Origin: Schizochytrium sp. TIO01
Taxonomy: Eukaryota; Protista; Bigyra: Labyrinthulomycetes
Assembly (NCBI GenBank): GCA_004764695.1
Contig: SMSO01000031.1
Span: 1,340,436-1,404,435 of the forward strand
DNA length: 64,000 nt
Direction: 5' to 3'
The position numbers and the translations under genes are program-made. Below are positions 50,351 to 64,000 of this stretch, one piece after another. Under the pieces are notes generated by a model. The model did not search any database, was not told where the DNA came from, and worked only from the letters and a program-made list of their open reading frames with translations. Numbering within the stretch: position 1 is the first letter of the stretch; each line of letters begins with the position of its first letter.

Positions 50351-53300
50351 ATAGAAGGTCCTAGCAAAATCTTATGACTTGTATTTTCTTCATTGTATCC
50401 TGCAATGACATAATATATCGAGCTTGGGAGGGGAGGACTTCCTTGCGTTTGTGACATCTTGTGTCGACATGCGCTTTCTTTGTTTACTGAATTGAAGAGC
50501 AGCCTTCATTTTCTCCTGCGGGCCCAATTGAAGTGTTTATCGTATTTATTGTTCATTCCACTTTTCAAGAAATCAGGTACGTAGACTCCCGATCTGGAAA
50601 CCTTGGAAGAGAGAAGAGAATTCATATTATCTTACTTTTAAAAATTGAATACTATAAAATAATAGTATATGTTTGATTCGAAGAAAAAAAGAGCAACTTG
50701 AGCTATTTCCTCGTTCAACTTCACAACGAATTGAAAAGCAAAGAACGACTAGTGTCTTCTTTTCCGCACCACTCGAGCGGATGAATCGACTTTCAGGTCC
50801 ATTTTCAATGAGATAGTCCATACATAGCTCGCAATCTTTGCATGTGTGTGCATGCTGCAAAGTTTTAACCAACCACGACCGAAAGGGAAAGAAGAACAAA
50901 TTGAGACTCCTCAGGTAGTAGGTCTAGGTGTCCAAGAATGTTTAGGTCCGACACAGCCCAAAGCTTGCTCCAATACTTTGCGTTGGGTTTTACCACATTT
51001 GTAAAATATTTAGTCTTAAGGGACGGCAGGTAATCTTACTATTCCGTCCCTGGCTGCCACTCTCTGCGACAGGACTCCTCTCGTTATTCTGTGGCGAGTG
51101 CAAGCCTGTAGTCGAATACCATCCCTCGTTCTTGGTTAGGGTTCACTCAAAAAAAATGAAGCTTGCAAGGTCTCCGTCATTTCTAAGAGCTCAAGAGCGC
51201 ACTATCGATAATTCTCTCTCATTAAACTTTTAGAACAATTCACGCGCCACAAGGATAGCCTCGAAGGACTGGTCCAAAGGAAAAGTGAGCAATACTATTC
51301 GTACAACGAAGTAATGCAGCGCGTAACAGAAAGAAAGCGGTGTAAGTACCAATCGTATGCGTTTCGCCCTGGGTGAATGCTACGAGGCAAACGAATAGCA
51401 ATCAATACCTACTGCCTAGTACTTACTATTTTGAAAATTTTTTGAGAATCAAGGATTTAATTAAAAATAAAACAAATAAATAATGAATGCTTCGACGGAT
51501 TCACTCCCGAGTATACTTCAATGCCTTGGGCGCCTTAAGCAACTTACAACTTGAAGTGTAGATAGAGGCGTTAGTCTTCATTGTAGGGGACGAATGACTT
51601 GCTAGTCAATCTGCTCCCGTTTCACGCTCTCTTTTTTGAGGAAGAAGCGTAGGCGGGTCGGAAAATAAAGTCAAGCTGTTGTAACTGCCTTGTCAGTTGT
51701 AGCTTTGGCTTTCGTATTTACACCAGAAGCAGTTCAAACTGTCTGAAGAGGGTATTGATGTGGAACGTACTATTCAGTGTGCCAAAAGCAGCTTGGTATT
51801 TTGGCATCATATCTTGATATTGCAAATAATGTGGGCAAATGAGAACGAGTATCCACGTGCGTCTTTCAATGGAAGCTATATATGGCAACCGCTTCTCAAG
51901 CAAACTTACTAGTTAGTGCAAGTATAATTACCTACCTAAAGAAACCCATAGGTAAATGTGTACCTCATAAGTTTTGGTTGTATAAAGGGTGGCGATGTGT
52001 CTACGAAGCATGGGAAACAACGGTCCTGGGATCATTCATTCCTTCGGAGGAAGTGAGGGTCCTTCTTGGTTGCAAAAAGAAGGTACTGTCATCAGGTTGA
52101 CACTGATTCAACCCAGACAGTAGTAGGTCGATCGGGTCTTTTAAATATTACATGGGCAAGTCGGCAGAGATGGCCTTTCCTCATCCTGTGTAGAGAAGAG
52201 CAGAGCACAACAGAAACGGCCTTAATAATAATTGGCCGGGATTTGTTTATCGCTGAGCTACTTCATGTGGCAGACTTTGCTTCTTGAGCGGAGTAGAATT
52301 AGCCCTTCGCAATCTCCCGTCAGCTGATGTCACTTACTATTCAAAATGTATATTACGAACCTCCTATGTTTAGGTCTTGTGTGCAGTACAGGTGATAAAT
52401 TGTCTTGATCCTTCAATTGATTTTCTTGAAAATCATCAAGTTATAGGATAGGCAACATTTGCGGCCAGCTACGCGAGGAAGCACGCATCTAGCTTCTTGT
52501 TAGCATTGTATTTCCTAGTGAACAATCTCTTGATCTATACAAAAAAGAAGAAAGGTATATAGGTAAAGTGTAATTCAACTGGCTTTTTTGTTCTCATAAT
52601 TCAACTTGATGTATCAGTTGTTAAATCGAGTTAAAACAACTTATATTGTGCACCCCTTTACATCACAATTGCAAACTTGAAGAAAAGAAACAGAGGACTC
52701 GAAACGCTTGAGGTCAAAGCCCTTTGATTTTTTTATTATTTACTCCTCTGTAAAAACTCCTCCTCAACTTAGCAGCAAAGCAAATCATATAATTTGTCGT
52801 ATTAGAAGAAGAAACAGATGAATGAATTACACTCTAAATTATCTCCAATCAACAACTTCTCGGAGCAACCTAAGCAGGAATTTTTAAAAACAAACCTGTA
52901 TCTTTGAACAGTACGACTCGAACTCCCAAACAACATTCAAGGACTCAAATCCGTATTGATAAAGATAGAAATCCAGTTAATCGAAATCTAAATATGTTTC
53001 ACTGTCGCTCCTAGCTGCTCCTGCTCCAAACGGGTGTAGTAACGGCAGGTAGCCACAATTTCGGTAGTATCAGCAGCGGTTATGACTTTTTATGTATTGC
53101 TGGACCGGAATTTCCAGCGCCCTAGATGAAAGAAACTCTTTTGTCAACTGAGGAACGCGGTGCCTCAGTAGAGTTTTCTGAGGAGAGCACGTGGAAGGCA
53201 CCCCAAGTGCAGGGTTCGCAAAAGGGTCACGAGCCTCACAATAGAACTCCTCTCACAATCGTGAAATATGCTGCTATCGTAAATTTTTTTTCCTTTTTCT

Positions 53301-55039
53301 TATTTCTGAGAACCTAGGTAATGTGCTTTTTAACAAAATGTAGTTCACATATGATTTCAAAAAGAGGGCGTGTGTTCTTTGTTACGTCAAGGCAACCCTG
53401 CTGCACAGTTGGATGCTTTATTTAACAAAGCATTTTGGCGAGGAATTGTTGTAATTTCTTTTTTCGTTGTGTCCTTCCATTTTGTCCTCCTTCTTTCCTT
53501 TTTATATTATTCGAAGAATTTATAAATAATAAGAATAAAATCAATGTTTGAATATTCTAACCCGAATCCAGGGTCCCTTTCTTATACATTACATTATTCA
53601 GGATCTAACCTATAAGGCGTTTTGAATTGAATATCGGTCATGCTTTTGTGGAGTGAAATCACCTTGACGCGAATTTTAGAATAGACTTTCTTTTCTCATG
53701 TCAAACTGAAGAAATATATAGCTCTATATACTAACATGCAGGTTAGGCACCTACTTGCCTTTAAAGGTAGGAAGTGTCAGACGAACCAATACAAGAATAA
53801 TAACAATTATTTATGATGATTAATAAGAGTGCGCTTTGATGACTCTAGTGCCACCACCGTGTTCCCGCAAGTCTTCAAGGGGGGATTTCTAGTCACTGCA
53901 TTTCTCAGCGCTAGACTGTCTCTGAGACGCCTACGAGGCTGGTTTAAGAGTTTCATGAGGTCAGGTGATGCGTTTGAAGTACTCACTCGCATTGAATCAA
54001 GATGAATGAATGAACCAATCAATGAATAAATCAAATTATTGTGGACAACGACATCGACCTACGGCTTTGTCCCTAGTTTTGTGTTATGCCTTAAAGATTC
54101 TTTTTGTTTTTTTAAAGGTAGCTTAGCTACCAACGTCATCTCAATCAATCAATAAATAAATAAATTGCTCAGCGCCTTTTCCTCATTACCCGCAGCACAC
54201 GACGACAGTAAATGTCATGGTAGTGAATGTCACGACAGTGTATGTCACAACTAATTTAGTTAGCTTTCAGCATTTCAGGCCGGTTCTTCCTGCCTTTTCC
54301 TTTTTAAACTTTTATACAAATCAACACTCTCGGACTTTGTATTTTGATTTTTAGTAATAAAGAATGATACATGGGGTATACACAACATAGTAACGTGTGA
54401 AGTGCTCGCTTAAGAACACCAGGCGCATCAGAGTAATACAGCCTTCTTGCAATTGCGGGAACGAACTCAGCAGGAAGAATTCGGCTCCAAGTGTTTCTCC
54501 AAGTGCTTCGCCTTAAACCAAGGAGTCCAACGATGGGCCTCAAATGACGGGCCCGGGAATAAAGGTGCAACGAACGCAGACGAGGCAGAAGAAGAATAGA
54601 ACGCGTTGAGTTTTTGTTTATTATTGAACTAATGAGGCCGACCAAAAGGCGGCGACAGAGATTGACGCAACATTCATTCTGTTGACCCCCAGGAACAGCA
54701 ATCATTCACGCAGCGATGATGACAGACAGTTTTGCTTCAACATCCAGCAAGAAGAAAAAAAGAAGAAAGAAAGAAGAAAGAAGCTCGGGAAACAGCAGCT
54801 CGCCGCGACAAGAACTTTGCCTGATGCATGCAAGAATCTGAGACCCACCTACCTCCTTGAACGGTGTTGGCGGAAGACTGCCTCCGTCTTTGATGCACGA
54901 TGTCAGTTCAAGTCCACTGTTACACACTCCAGGTTCGTGGTGGAAAGCTTTGATTTACGGAGTGCGTGCGTGAGTGAGTGAGTGAGTGAGTGAATCAGTG
55001 GGTAAGAGGTACGCTAGAGAGTACTTTTGGGAGACTGTG

Positions 55040-55401
55040 CGCGTGAAAAGAATAGTTGATACTACAAATCAGAGCAGTTCATGGGAAGCGGTGTCCGAGA
55101 AAAGCGTGAAAGCTGGATGACCAACTGGTACTTAAATTGCTGCAAGTGCGCACTCATAGACAGCAGTTTGGCGTGAGTCTAATTTGATGATCATCCCGCG
55201 TTGATTGAACGAATGCTTAGCTTAGCCTGCTTATTAGGTGAACCGAGGCCCAGGGGGGCTGATATGTCCGGATTGAAAGATTCCACTCGATGGAGAAAAG
55301 AGTCCATCTTGAAAAAAGTCAAACAACGTCAAATTGTCACGCGACGCGATTGGCAGGGTGATTTGGTAGATAGTTTCACGTACGCTTTGGTGGGATTGTA
55401 A
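55040..55401 (+). mobile_element. Copia-type RNase H remnant
   Basis: SILKKVKQRQIVTRRDWQGDLVDSFTYAL resembles FIREKV..G.I.+..V....LADIFTKAL. A weak SW...SVKA..T...AAS block lies upstream. Confidence 0.4.
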
Positions 55402-58400
55402 GGCAACACTATTTGAAGAAGCGTAATCGCTCAATCCTCCTCCTTATTATAGTAGTAGAAGTATAAGTCGTCTCTTATTATATGTACTACTATTGTATAC
55501 TGCCAGTGCTACTACCGATTGTATTGCTTCATGTATTGGTCTTGATGTATGAATGTGCATTTCGACTATGCCGCTGTTCGCTAGCTAAAGCAAGAGCCCT
55601 TTCTGCAAAGCAGCTCGATCATCGCGATTGTGGACCCCCAGCAGATAGATAGAGGCATCAGCCAGTGCCCTGACGATCTCCATTCACCTGGCTCAACTTC
55701 AAGTTTGAGACCAGGAACTTGGAGTTGAACATCATTAAAGGCATTCGTAATGTTCTCATCGATGCTCATTTTGACATTGCAAGGGCTAGGCCGCCTTAGC
55801 AGGCTCTTATGAACCCCGAGTTATGTGGGAGGACCAACGAGGTCCTTTCTCGAGGATGACCGCCTGTTTTTTGCATGCTGACGAAGCAACAGATGCTTCT
55901 CTGAACATCTCACACTGATTTGGTTAGCATCTCTTATTATCTAGCTACTAGCGCACTGTATACGTGCTCTTAGTATTAGGTAGTTTTCTTTATCTTTTCT
56001 TCATCTTCAAGTTGGTTTTATAAAAGTAAAAAAGATACAAAGTAGGCCCCTATATTCCTTTTTGGAATACTCCTGAAAGGATAATTGCAAAAATATGCTC
56101 TTTTTTATTTTTCCTCGTTTCAATTGAAAAAATAATAATGACAAAATACATTTTATTTATGATTTTAAAATACTTTTTGTCTTTTAATTTTGTGTGTGTT
56201 TTTTATTGTTTTTTAAAGTAGCGGTAATTTTTCCTTTTCAAGTTGAGCAGAGGTAATGCTTTCTTTTCGAAAGCTGACGAGCTTCGTTTTTGGCTGGGCC
56301 TCGACACTTTCGCCTTGACTTTCTTAGAGCAAAAAAGTGAAGTCAAAAGAGAAGAACTTGGTCCGACATATGCTGCTGCCCTGCATGAGAAGAAATTAAA
56401 ACTTTGATTGGATTTGAAATGAAATGAAATGAAAATAAAGGAATATTTAGCCAGAAGAGCCATCGTCTAACGGAGTTTCTCGTCGTCACAAATCAGTTGG
56501 GTAAAAGAGAAGATCACCGATGAAAATTATCAATCGACACTAGCAGGCAAAAACCAGCACCTCCTCGACGTACGCCACGGCGACCTAGCCAGCTGGCCAC
56601 GCCGGGCTTTGCCTGGCCTACCTTCAGCAACTTTACCTCTCCTAGCTAGCAGTTTCGACTGTTTTTAGTGAAATGAAAGATGCAGATGAAGCATTATCGC
56701 GGCACAGTTGTGGTGGTGATATGCTGCTGCCTACTTGCCTAGTCACGCCAAGCCACAGTTGCGGATCATCAACTCCACGGAGGAGAGGAGGAGGATCCAG
56801 CCGTCTAAAGGAGGAACAGAAGGGAATAGGACCTAACTATGCGCCAGTAAATCAACACTCTCTCATTGAAACGATGATATCGGTGAGCTAGGTTCTGTGC
56901 ATGGCCCTGCCGACTCTTAGAAGTACCCACCCAATAGGATGTATTATTTCATTCACTCTGGCAGAATCTCAAGTTGAAGAATATACATGACCCACATGAA
57001 ACTATTTGGGCCAGATTCACAAGTACTTTGTTTCCGCTTGGGCGGAAACTCGAGTGAATCCAGCTACGGCCAATTAGTTGCTGCTGTTACGCGAGAGGCC
57101 TGCTCTCAATGTGCCCCCCTACAGGTATTCTCACCAGTCATAGGCAACTCCTTTGAAATCTTGTCGTTCGGGTGATAAAAAAAAAAACTCGAGCTAAATC
57201 AATCATCCTTTGTTTGGAGTTTAGAGCAGAAGCTGCGAAGGCGGTGGCAGTGGCAGTAACTTGAAGTACCTCTGGTTGGTGAAGACTAAAGTTTTAATCT
57301 TGGTTCCTAAATTTCAAGTTTGGAATGCTTCAACTTCCGGTGTTTAGGTGGTAGTAGGTTCCATTTATAAAAGCTACGACTGCTGTAATGACTTCCTGGC
57401 CATGAGAGATACCTAAGGTGCCTATAGTACCTGGGCGAAAGAGGAGAACGAGTACTACTTCTCTACCTGTTAATGGGCAGATTTGATGTTGACGCCCTTA
57501 CCTTAGATTAGCAGGTCAGTGATCCAAAAAAATACTGAGCATATAAAAGACGGACATCTATAAATAAACAGCATCTCCAGTGAGCATCTCCAGTGAAGTC
57601 GGTCTTTTGAGATATCTTCCGAACCCTCTGGTCAGGCAAGCTGCCTTAGAAGCCTTTGATTCTTGAAAACCAAGTCCCTGATACCCTTTCGATTGAAGAT
57701 CTGAGTTGAGTGGGGTGGTTCACGTGAATTTGTATTACCTTTCCTATCTTCACCACTTGTTTGAGCGTGCTTGACTGAGAAAGCAGGTAGCTAGGTAGCT
57801 CGGTAAGTAAGTGAGGTAGGTATCTATCAGATGGCTGTACGAAGAGCTTCGTCGTGTAGAGACAAGCCAAAATGTCCACCTCCTCACACTTAGCTAGCGA
57901 ACTGTGTAATCTGCACGCTAACAAACCTGCTGAGTAGAAGCGAGAGCAAGTGGCATGCGCGCTTTAGGCAGAAACAGACTTTCTTCCTTGGGCAGTCAGT
58001 ACCTACACTTGAAAGTTCATAACACTCAGGTTTTGTTCAGGCGATGTGCGACCTCTTCTTTGCATACACGCATGCATACGCATCTACGAGCGACCGGGGC
58101 TTTTCCAACGTTATGAACGCATATGTAATTCGATGTTATTGCCACTGGCTCACGACGAATTTGCTAAACCTCTGGACTCTGGTTTTAAAGTTCGAGCGAG
58201 CTTCAAGAAGTTGCTTGATATATCTATCTATCAAAGATTGACTGTATTTTGAGACATGGTGACTCTTTCAATTTTACCGCAGAACATTACAGTAAAATTA
58301 AAAAAATGTAGGGACCAAAGAATTTCAACGCAAGTAATGCTTAGTTGCGGCTCTTTTTTTAGTTCCTCCGCCTTTCAATATATTCTAAATTTTTTATTCT

Positions 58401-61400
58401 TTCTGCATTGAATATCTCTTCTTTTCAACTATGCTTTCGATAAACCGACGTTGGCAAAGGAAAGTTTCTCTTTTTTACCTCTTTGCAAAGAATGGAAAGT
58501 ATAATTTCAATGTTTAATACTTTTGTTTCAATAAATAGAAATTTGGAGGGTCAACGTGGAAAGTGTGGATAAAATACTGATCCTTTCAAACTAAAACTAT
58601 CATAGCATTTCGGAAATAAAAAATAAAAAAAGAATAATTAAACAAGTCTTTCTCCACAGATGATAGTACTTTAATACAGAGCAGAAAAAAATTGGTTACT
58701 AAAAAAGATAAGTATTTATTGCTTATTCTCGCAATACATTTATTATTGCTAGTTTATTATAATTATATGTGTTCCACAGTATAACTTACTATTTCTTTAG
58801 TTCATAAAAGCAGTCGTAAAAAGACAAAAAGGATTCCCACTCTTTACGGGAATGATCAACTGAGGTAGTCGAAGCAATTAAGTAATTTCAAAGACCCAGG
58901 GCACGCTCGAGAAATCTTTTACTACCTACCGATAACTATTTATGCAGGCCCCGAAATAGAGAATAAAATGCGTTTATTTCTTGAGTACAAAGTTGCAAAT
59001 GGAACCCAGTATGCAGGTGGAGAAACCAAAGCTAGACATCGATCGCTGAACAACAAGAGGCCGTGGCCAAAATGACCAATTGCATCGGCTCGAACTGTCA
59101 ACAGACGGCAACTTGCTTTTCGTTGTTCTTTTTGTAATAAACCATATTTCTAATTATTTTTATTTGATAATCATTTATTTGGATAACTTCTTGATGGTAG
59201 TTTTTATAATTAGAAAAGTAATCTTTTTAATCAAGATACAAGCTTTTCTTCAAAACCAAAAAATCGCGAGAGCTAACGACAAGAGCAAATGTAAAGTTTC
59301 TCTTTTATTCTGAACATTGCCATATCAAAGAGGGTTAGTCAAGACTCAGAAGAGGAGTGATAAGTGAGGGCCTACGATATTGCCCGGTTACTGCTTACCT
59401 ATCTATCCGCGAATGACGTCAGCGAGCATTCCTCAAATCAATTGTGTGGTGGCCGCAACAGGAATACCAGAGACCCTACCTCAACAAGTACATAGTGTAC
59501 AAGTTATATTTGTCACTTCTGCGCTTCGTGGCGCTTTTTAGGCCTTTGTGTGGTGTAGTAGCTGGTTACCTGCTGTAGAATGTCACAAATAACATTAAAA
59601 TTATATTTACATTTATTTTTTAAATATCACTTTTGAAAATCTAATTATCTTTTTTATTGTAATTGAACAATCTAACAATCTAAAAGATTTAATTTAAATT
59701 TAAATTTAAAAAAACAAAAACAAAAACAAAAAACGAATAAACAAACAAACAAAACGACGTTGATGATACATAGGTCTATACTGGCCTCAGTCTTATTGCC
59801 GTAGACCCACCTGGGCCGGGCCTCCTCTATGGCTATGTCACGAAAAGTTCCGTCAGATTAATTTAATTTCCATTCCAAATTCCAAAGGAAGGCTTTGTGA
59901 TCAATTTTCTTGATTCATATATTTCTCTCTGAAGCAAGGAGAAAAACAGGTTTCCAGCACGAGCAGTCGAGAGAACAACAACGTTCGAAATAGCCAATTC
60001 GAATGTTGACACTGAGAATGCTCTCGTTGAATTAAAGGACATTCGGTCATCCTCCTTTCCTCCAACACTTAAGTTTCAAAATCTCTCAGACGCCGCATGT
60101 AATTACAGTGCGATGAGTAGGAACCTCGCAGTCAGTAATGGGGCAAGCAAGAGCAAGTGAAATGACCCGACATGAAGTAACGTCAAAGGTACCTCGGAAG
60201 TATACACCATGGATTGTCTAATAAGACGAGAACCTAAGACCAGTCCCCGAGACAGTTTTTATTCTTCAAGCTCCACGAATCTGACAGGAGGAGAACAAAA
60301 CGCAAAACAAAGGGTGCATGGCATCTTTATAATTGTCATCATGATCCCATGTGCGAACTTCCCTGGTTCCGAGTCAGAACACGCGAGAGTTGCATATGTA
60401 GATCCTTCTTTTCTTAAATGACATACTTTCACTTTTGTCTGGACGACTTTATTGGACCATGACGAAGGTACGTAACCACATATTATTGACCATTGGTGTT
60501 CTGACCTCTGAGCATGCTAAAGCGATGATTGTCGTGCTCTTGTTTTTGCCCCTAAGTAAAAGCGTCGCTCATGCATAGTAGGAGCTTCCTATGTACTATC
60601 TAGCTGAAGATGAATGACACCTTTTTTTCTTTTCTTCTTTTAAATTATAATTTTTCTCGTTTTTTCCAATAAAGTTGCAAACCACTTTTTCTGAGGGTTG
60701 TTCTTACAATATCAAGTAAACAACTCACGGTTGTTTTTTATGGTCTATGGCAACATCTCAGGAGAGGGCACACTTGGCCTGGCCGAGACTTCAGGCTTGC
60801 ATCAAAGACTGGGGCACAGGGCCGTCCAAGATGGCGTGCCTGGCCGCTGGGGAGAGCCTCTCCCTGGCCGCTGCTGCTTCTGCTCATGCTGCTGCCTCTT
60901 TGCTGAGTTCGCAGGCTACCCAGGCTTGGCACATGCAGAGCTCAAGTGGGTCATCCGACGCAAGTTGATGAAGCGATCTCACCTTGGAGTCAACGAACTA
61001 TCAAATTGTACAGCCTGCCTGCCTGCTTCCCTGCCAGCCAGCCATCCAGCTACTCAGCTGCCCAGCCCTGCCCCGCCCACTCGATTCTTAAGGCAGCCTG
61101 GATGCGACTGGCTGCGACAGAACCTTGTCGTCGATCATCGTCCTACTCGTGGATATGTAGACAGACCATGATGAGTATTGGGTTGCTAACTGAAGTGGCT
61201 GCGGCGCCTGGATTGTCCAAGTCCCTCAAGCCAGCAGGCCTCCAGCAGCGGCAGATGGTGGTCATATTGACCTTGGTGGACACGACGAGCACGTGCCAGC
61301 ATGCATGAATTGGACATACGCAAGTTGCTGGGGCACTAGCTAGACATGGAGCTGAGTCACCGGCTCGAACAAACAACAACTTTCATCTATCTCCAACTGT

Positions 61401-62877
61401 TGCCCAGGTTGTCCTCATTAGCGTATTGAGATCTTGGTGGAATAAGGCTGCCTAGCCAGATAGCTTTGGTGCTCTCGCGCTCGCTGTCGGCTTCAACAAA
61501 AAGAAAACGGTTGGCAGAGTTTTAGGACCAGCCGTAAGTTTGTCATGGCATGGCATGGCATGGCATGGAGATTGTTAATCAAACGGTTTTTGTCTGTAAA
61601 CTAAAACTTTAGTCGAGCCACCCCCAGGTCGTCAAGACTATATTCGTGTCCACCTCTCGCTAGACGTGAAGATAGACCTTCTCAAATCCCAAGTCCTGGA
61701 CAGGAGTAGAATCGCAACGCAGGAACACGAATCTAGTCTTGGCACCCGGCTGCTACGCCCTGTATCCAATCTGGCGAGAAGCTGAGCTTTTGCTGCGTGC
61801 CTCATGGTTCCACAAATTTATATGTACGTAGTTGGTGTGACACTTCTCACCATTAGCTCAGCACGGAAATCGACCTACTGATCAACTAGCCTGCTGATAT
61901 GCCCAGATACGAGCGAGTCCCAACGCGGCCAGTCTTTGTGGTTCCTGCAGGCAGCTTTCACTGTGGAATTGCTCGATTACTCACTTGCGTGTTTGCATTT
62001 GCCTACTTTCTTGCTCACCTTTAGTTTGCTCTCCCAGCTAGTATGCCCAGCGAGAGATCGTGACATGCAGAACGGTGTGGGCAAAAAGTACTCACGCACC
62101 ACACAAGTGCAGGAAAGACTGTGGCTGCCTTCGACTTGGTCGTATTCTCATGAATCTTCACCATCTGTCTGGCGATCGAGCGAGCGAGCGAAGCTGTTGA
62201 GACTGGGGATAGCCTTTGGCCCTCCAAGTTGTACATTTTGCAGACAGACACCTCAGTCAGACGGCTGCAGCAGCATTTCTCGAAAACTACGGTGAGATAT
62301 GCTTTTGCCTTTCTTGAAAGACATATAAACTATATATATCCATTCTTCTTGATACCCGACAGAACTAGAACTCGTAACCAACAAAACTTGCGCCTCGGGC
62401 GGTCGGCGGTTCCTTTCCCACTTCGCGATTGCTGGAGCGAGCGAGTGAGTGAGACCAAGAAGAAACCAGCAAGAAGAAGGCAAAAAATGCAACTCCAAGA
62501 CCAAGTTCATCAAATTAAGCTGAGCCAAGTCGCGGGAAATCAAACCTGTATTCGAAGTTGAAAATTGCACATTGTCTTCTTATAGTTTCCCCTCTTTCAG
62601 GTAGGTTGCTCCTGTGGAGCACGCTATTCTCCAAAAAGGTTCGGCAATAGGAGAGGCAGATAATAAGAAGGCGGGTTCGAGATTCTAAAAACTTTTTTTC
62701 TCCTGCCACGTTCTTTTCTTTCCTCCAGAAGTTCTTTTAAAGGCTCAAAGGCTCCTCTCTTCTTTTTCCTTTTCTTCTTTACTTGAGTTTTTGTTTTTAT
62801 TCACTCGCTCTCCTCAAATTTATTTCTAATGGTAGAATAAAACTACAGAACACTATGAGAGGGAGACGACCTAGAGC

Positions 62878-62878
<1 letters not shown>

Positions 62879-62973
<95 letters not shown>

Positions 62974-62974
62974 T
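62879..62974. repeat. (CTTT)~24 microsatellite
   Basis: Perfect tetranucleotide run. Confidence 0.98.
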
Positions 62975-64000
62975 TCAACCAGATGCCTCTTCGTGGGTCT
63001 TCTCTTGAGGCTTCCAAAGATAGCCGCGGCTTCAGCCTCTCTCTGTGTCCTTGTCTCTGCCTGCCGCCTATCTGTCCTGGAGCAGCACGTGGTGCTTTGG
63101 CATTTTAATCGGCGATCTTAGGATGCATGCAGCATCGTTTTCTTTTTTGCTTTCCTTCTCTTTTTCTTTTCTTCTGCGGGTTTGCAACTCCATTTATAAA
63201 AATGTGATGCATATTTTTATTGCAGAAGTTTCTTTGTCTATTTCCAACAACGCTGCAATTATTATTTTCGACAATCCCTCCATGTCTCCTCTTCCATATT
63301 CTTATTGTTGTTGTTTCTCTCATCATTGTTGACATTGTCGCTCACTAAAACAGTCAGGTAGACAAGTGTTTAATCTTTGAAAAATGCAACAACAATGCAT
63401 GTCTGCCCACGAGAAAGAACTGGGACCCGAGACCACTCCAGGCACAGGCCGGTCCTCCCTTGCCTGCCTGCCTTCTGTCAGCACTGCTTCAGGCCATCGC
63501 CTCTGGCCTCTGACGAGCGAGATCGATCTGCAGTCTAATGGGTGGCGAGGGGCGGGTGGGTGCTGTACTTTTTAAGCAGAGCTGACACCACCAACTCTGC
63601 AAAGAAGGCGAAGGAAGCACTTCGAATGCCTCTGCTTCCAGTTGACCCATTTCTATTAGTAAAAGCCAAGTTTAGTTCAATTTGAGGCGTGAAGAACAAT
63701 GATAAGTTTCTTGAGTAAAAGGTTTGTTTGCCAGAGATCGATGTTTCTTTCTTTCACTTTGAGAATAAACATTTCACTCTTGCTGAGCGACTGAAAGAGT
63801 GAGTGACTTTGTTTCTTTGTTTCTATATTTCTTTATTTCTTTGTAAGTTGGTTGGTCAGTTAGTTGGTCGGTTTGGTCGTTTGTTCGCTAACTAGCGAGT
63901 TGAGGTAATCAACGATTGATTGCCTATCTCGCCCACAAGGAAATTTATTGGCCCTTGATGAGGGAGCACGCTTGCGTGTGCGAATTCTCTCATAGCGAGA

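Noticed and set aside
62783-63121. ORF with an FFLS repeat
   Set aside because: It is an artefact of the (CTTT)n microsatellite.
19300-64000. Alternative genetic code explaining the many stop-interrupted frames
   Set aside because: Intact genes end in TAG (ARM), TAA (PAP2) and TGA (ETFBKMT), and the relics also contain frameshifts.
1-64000. tRNA, rRNA, telomeric repeats or endogenous giant-virus genes
   Set aside because: I recognised no cloverleaf, rRNA motif, telomere array or viral hallmark gene by eye. tRNAscan-SE and Infernal were not run.

Overview
This is eukaryotic DNA: it has GT-AG introns with CTAAC/CTGAC branch points, uses the standard genetic code and is AT-rich. My impression is a protist, possibly a labyrinthulomycete/thraustochytrid stramenopile, but the sequence alone does not prove this. 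The first ~19.3 kb is gene-dense. It holds the 3' part of an ARM-repeat gene, a decayed Copia-like LTR element carrying a large extra ORF, and an 18-exon RI-like LRR gene with one symmetric phase-2 exon per repeat (missed by the ORF track). It also holds a PAP2 phosphatase with an altered catalytic motif, a coiled-coil hypothetical protein, an ETFBKMT/METTL20 methyltransferase, a small membrane protein, and a 738-aa putative transcription regulator with an unassigned basic helical domain plus a C-terminal PAS-like domain. The remaining ~45 kb, which lies upstream of that regulator, has no long ORF. It contains transposon relics (hAT-like, Tc1 DD34E, Copia RNase H), pseudogene fragments, microsatellites, and at least one cryptic spliced gene at ~41.4-42.3 kb on the minus strand. 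All family calls are motif recognition by eye; no searches were run.
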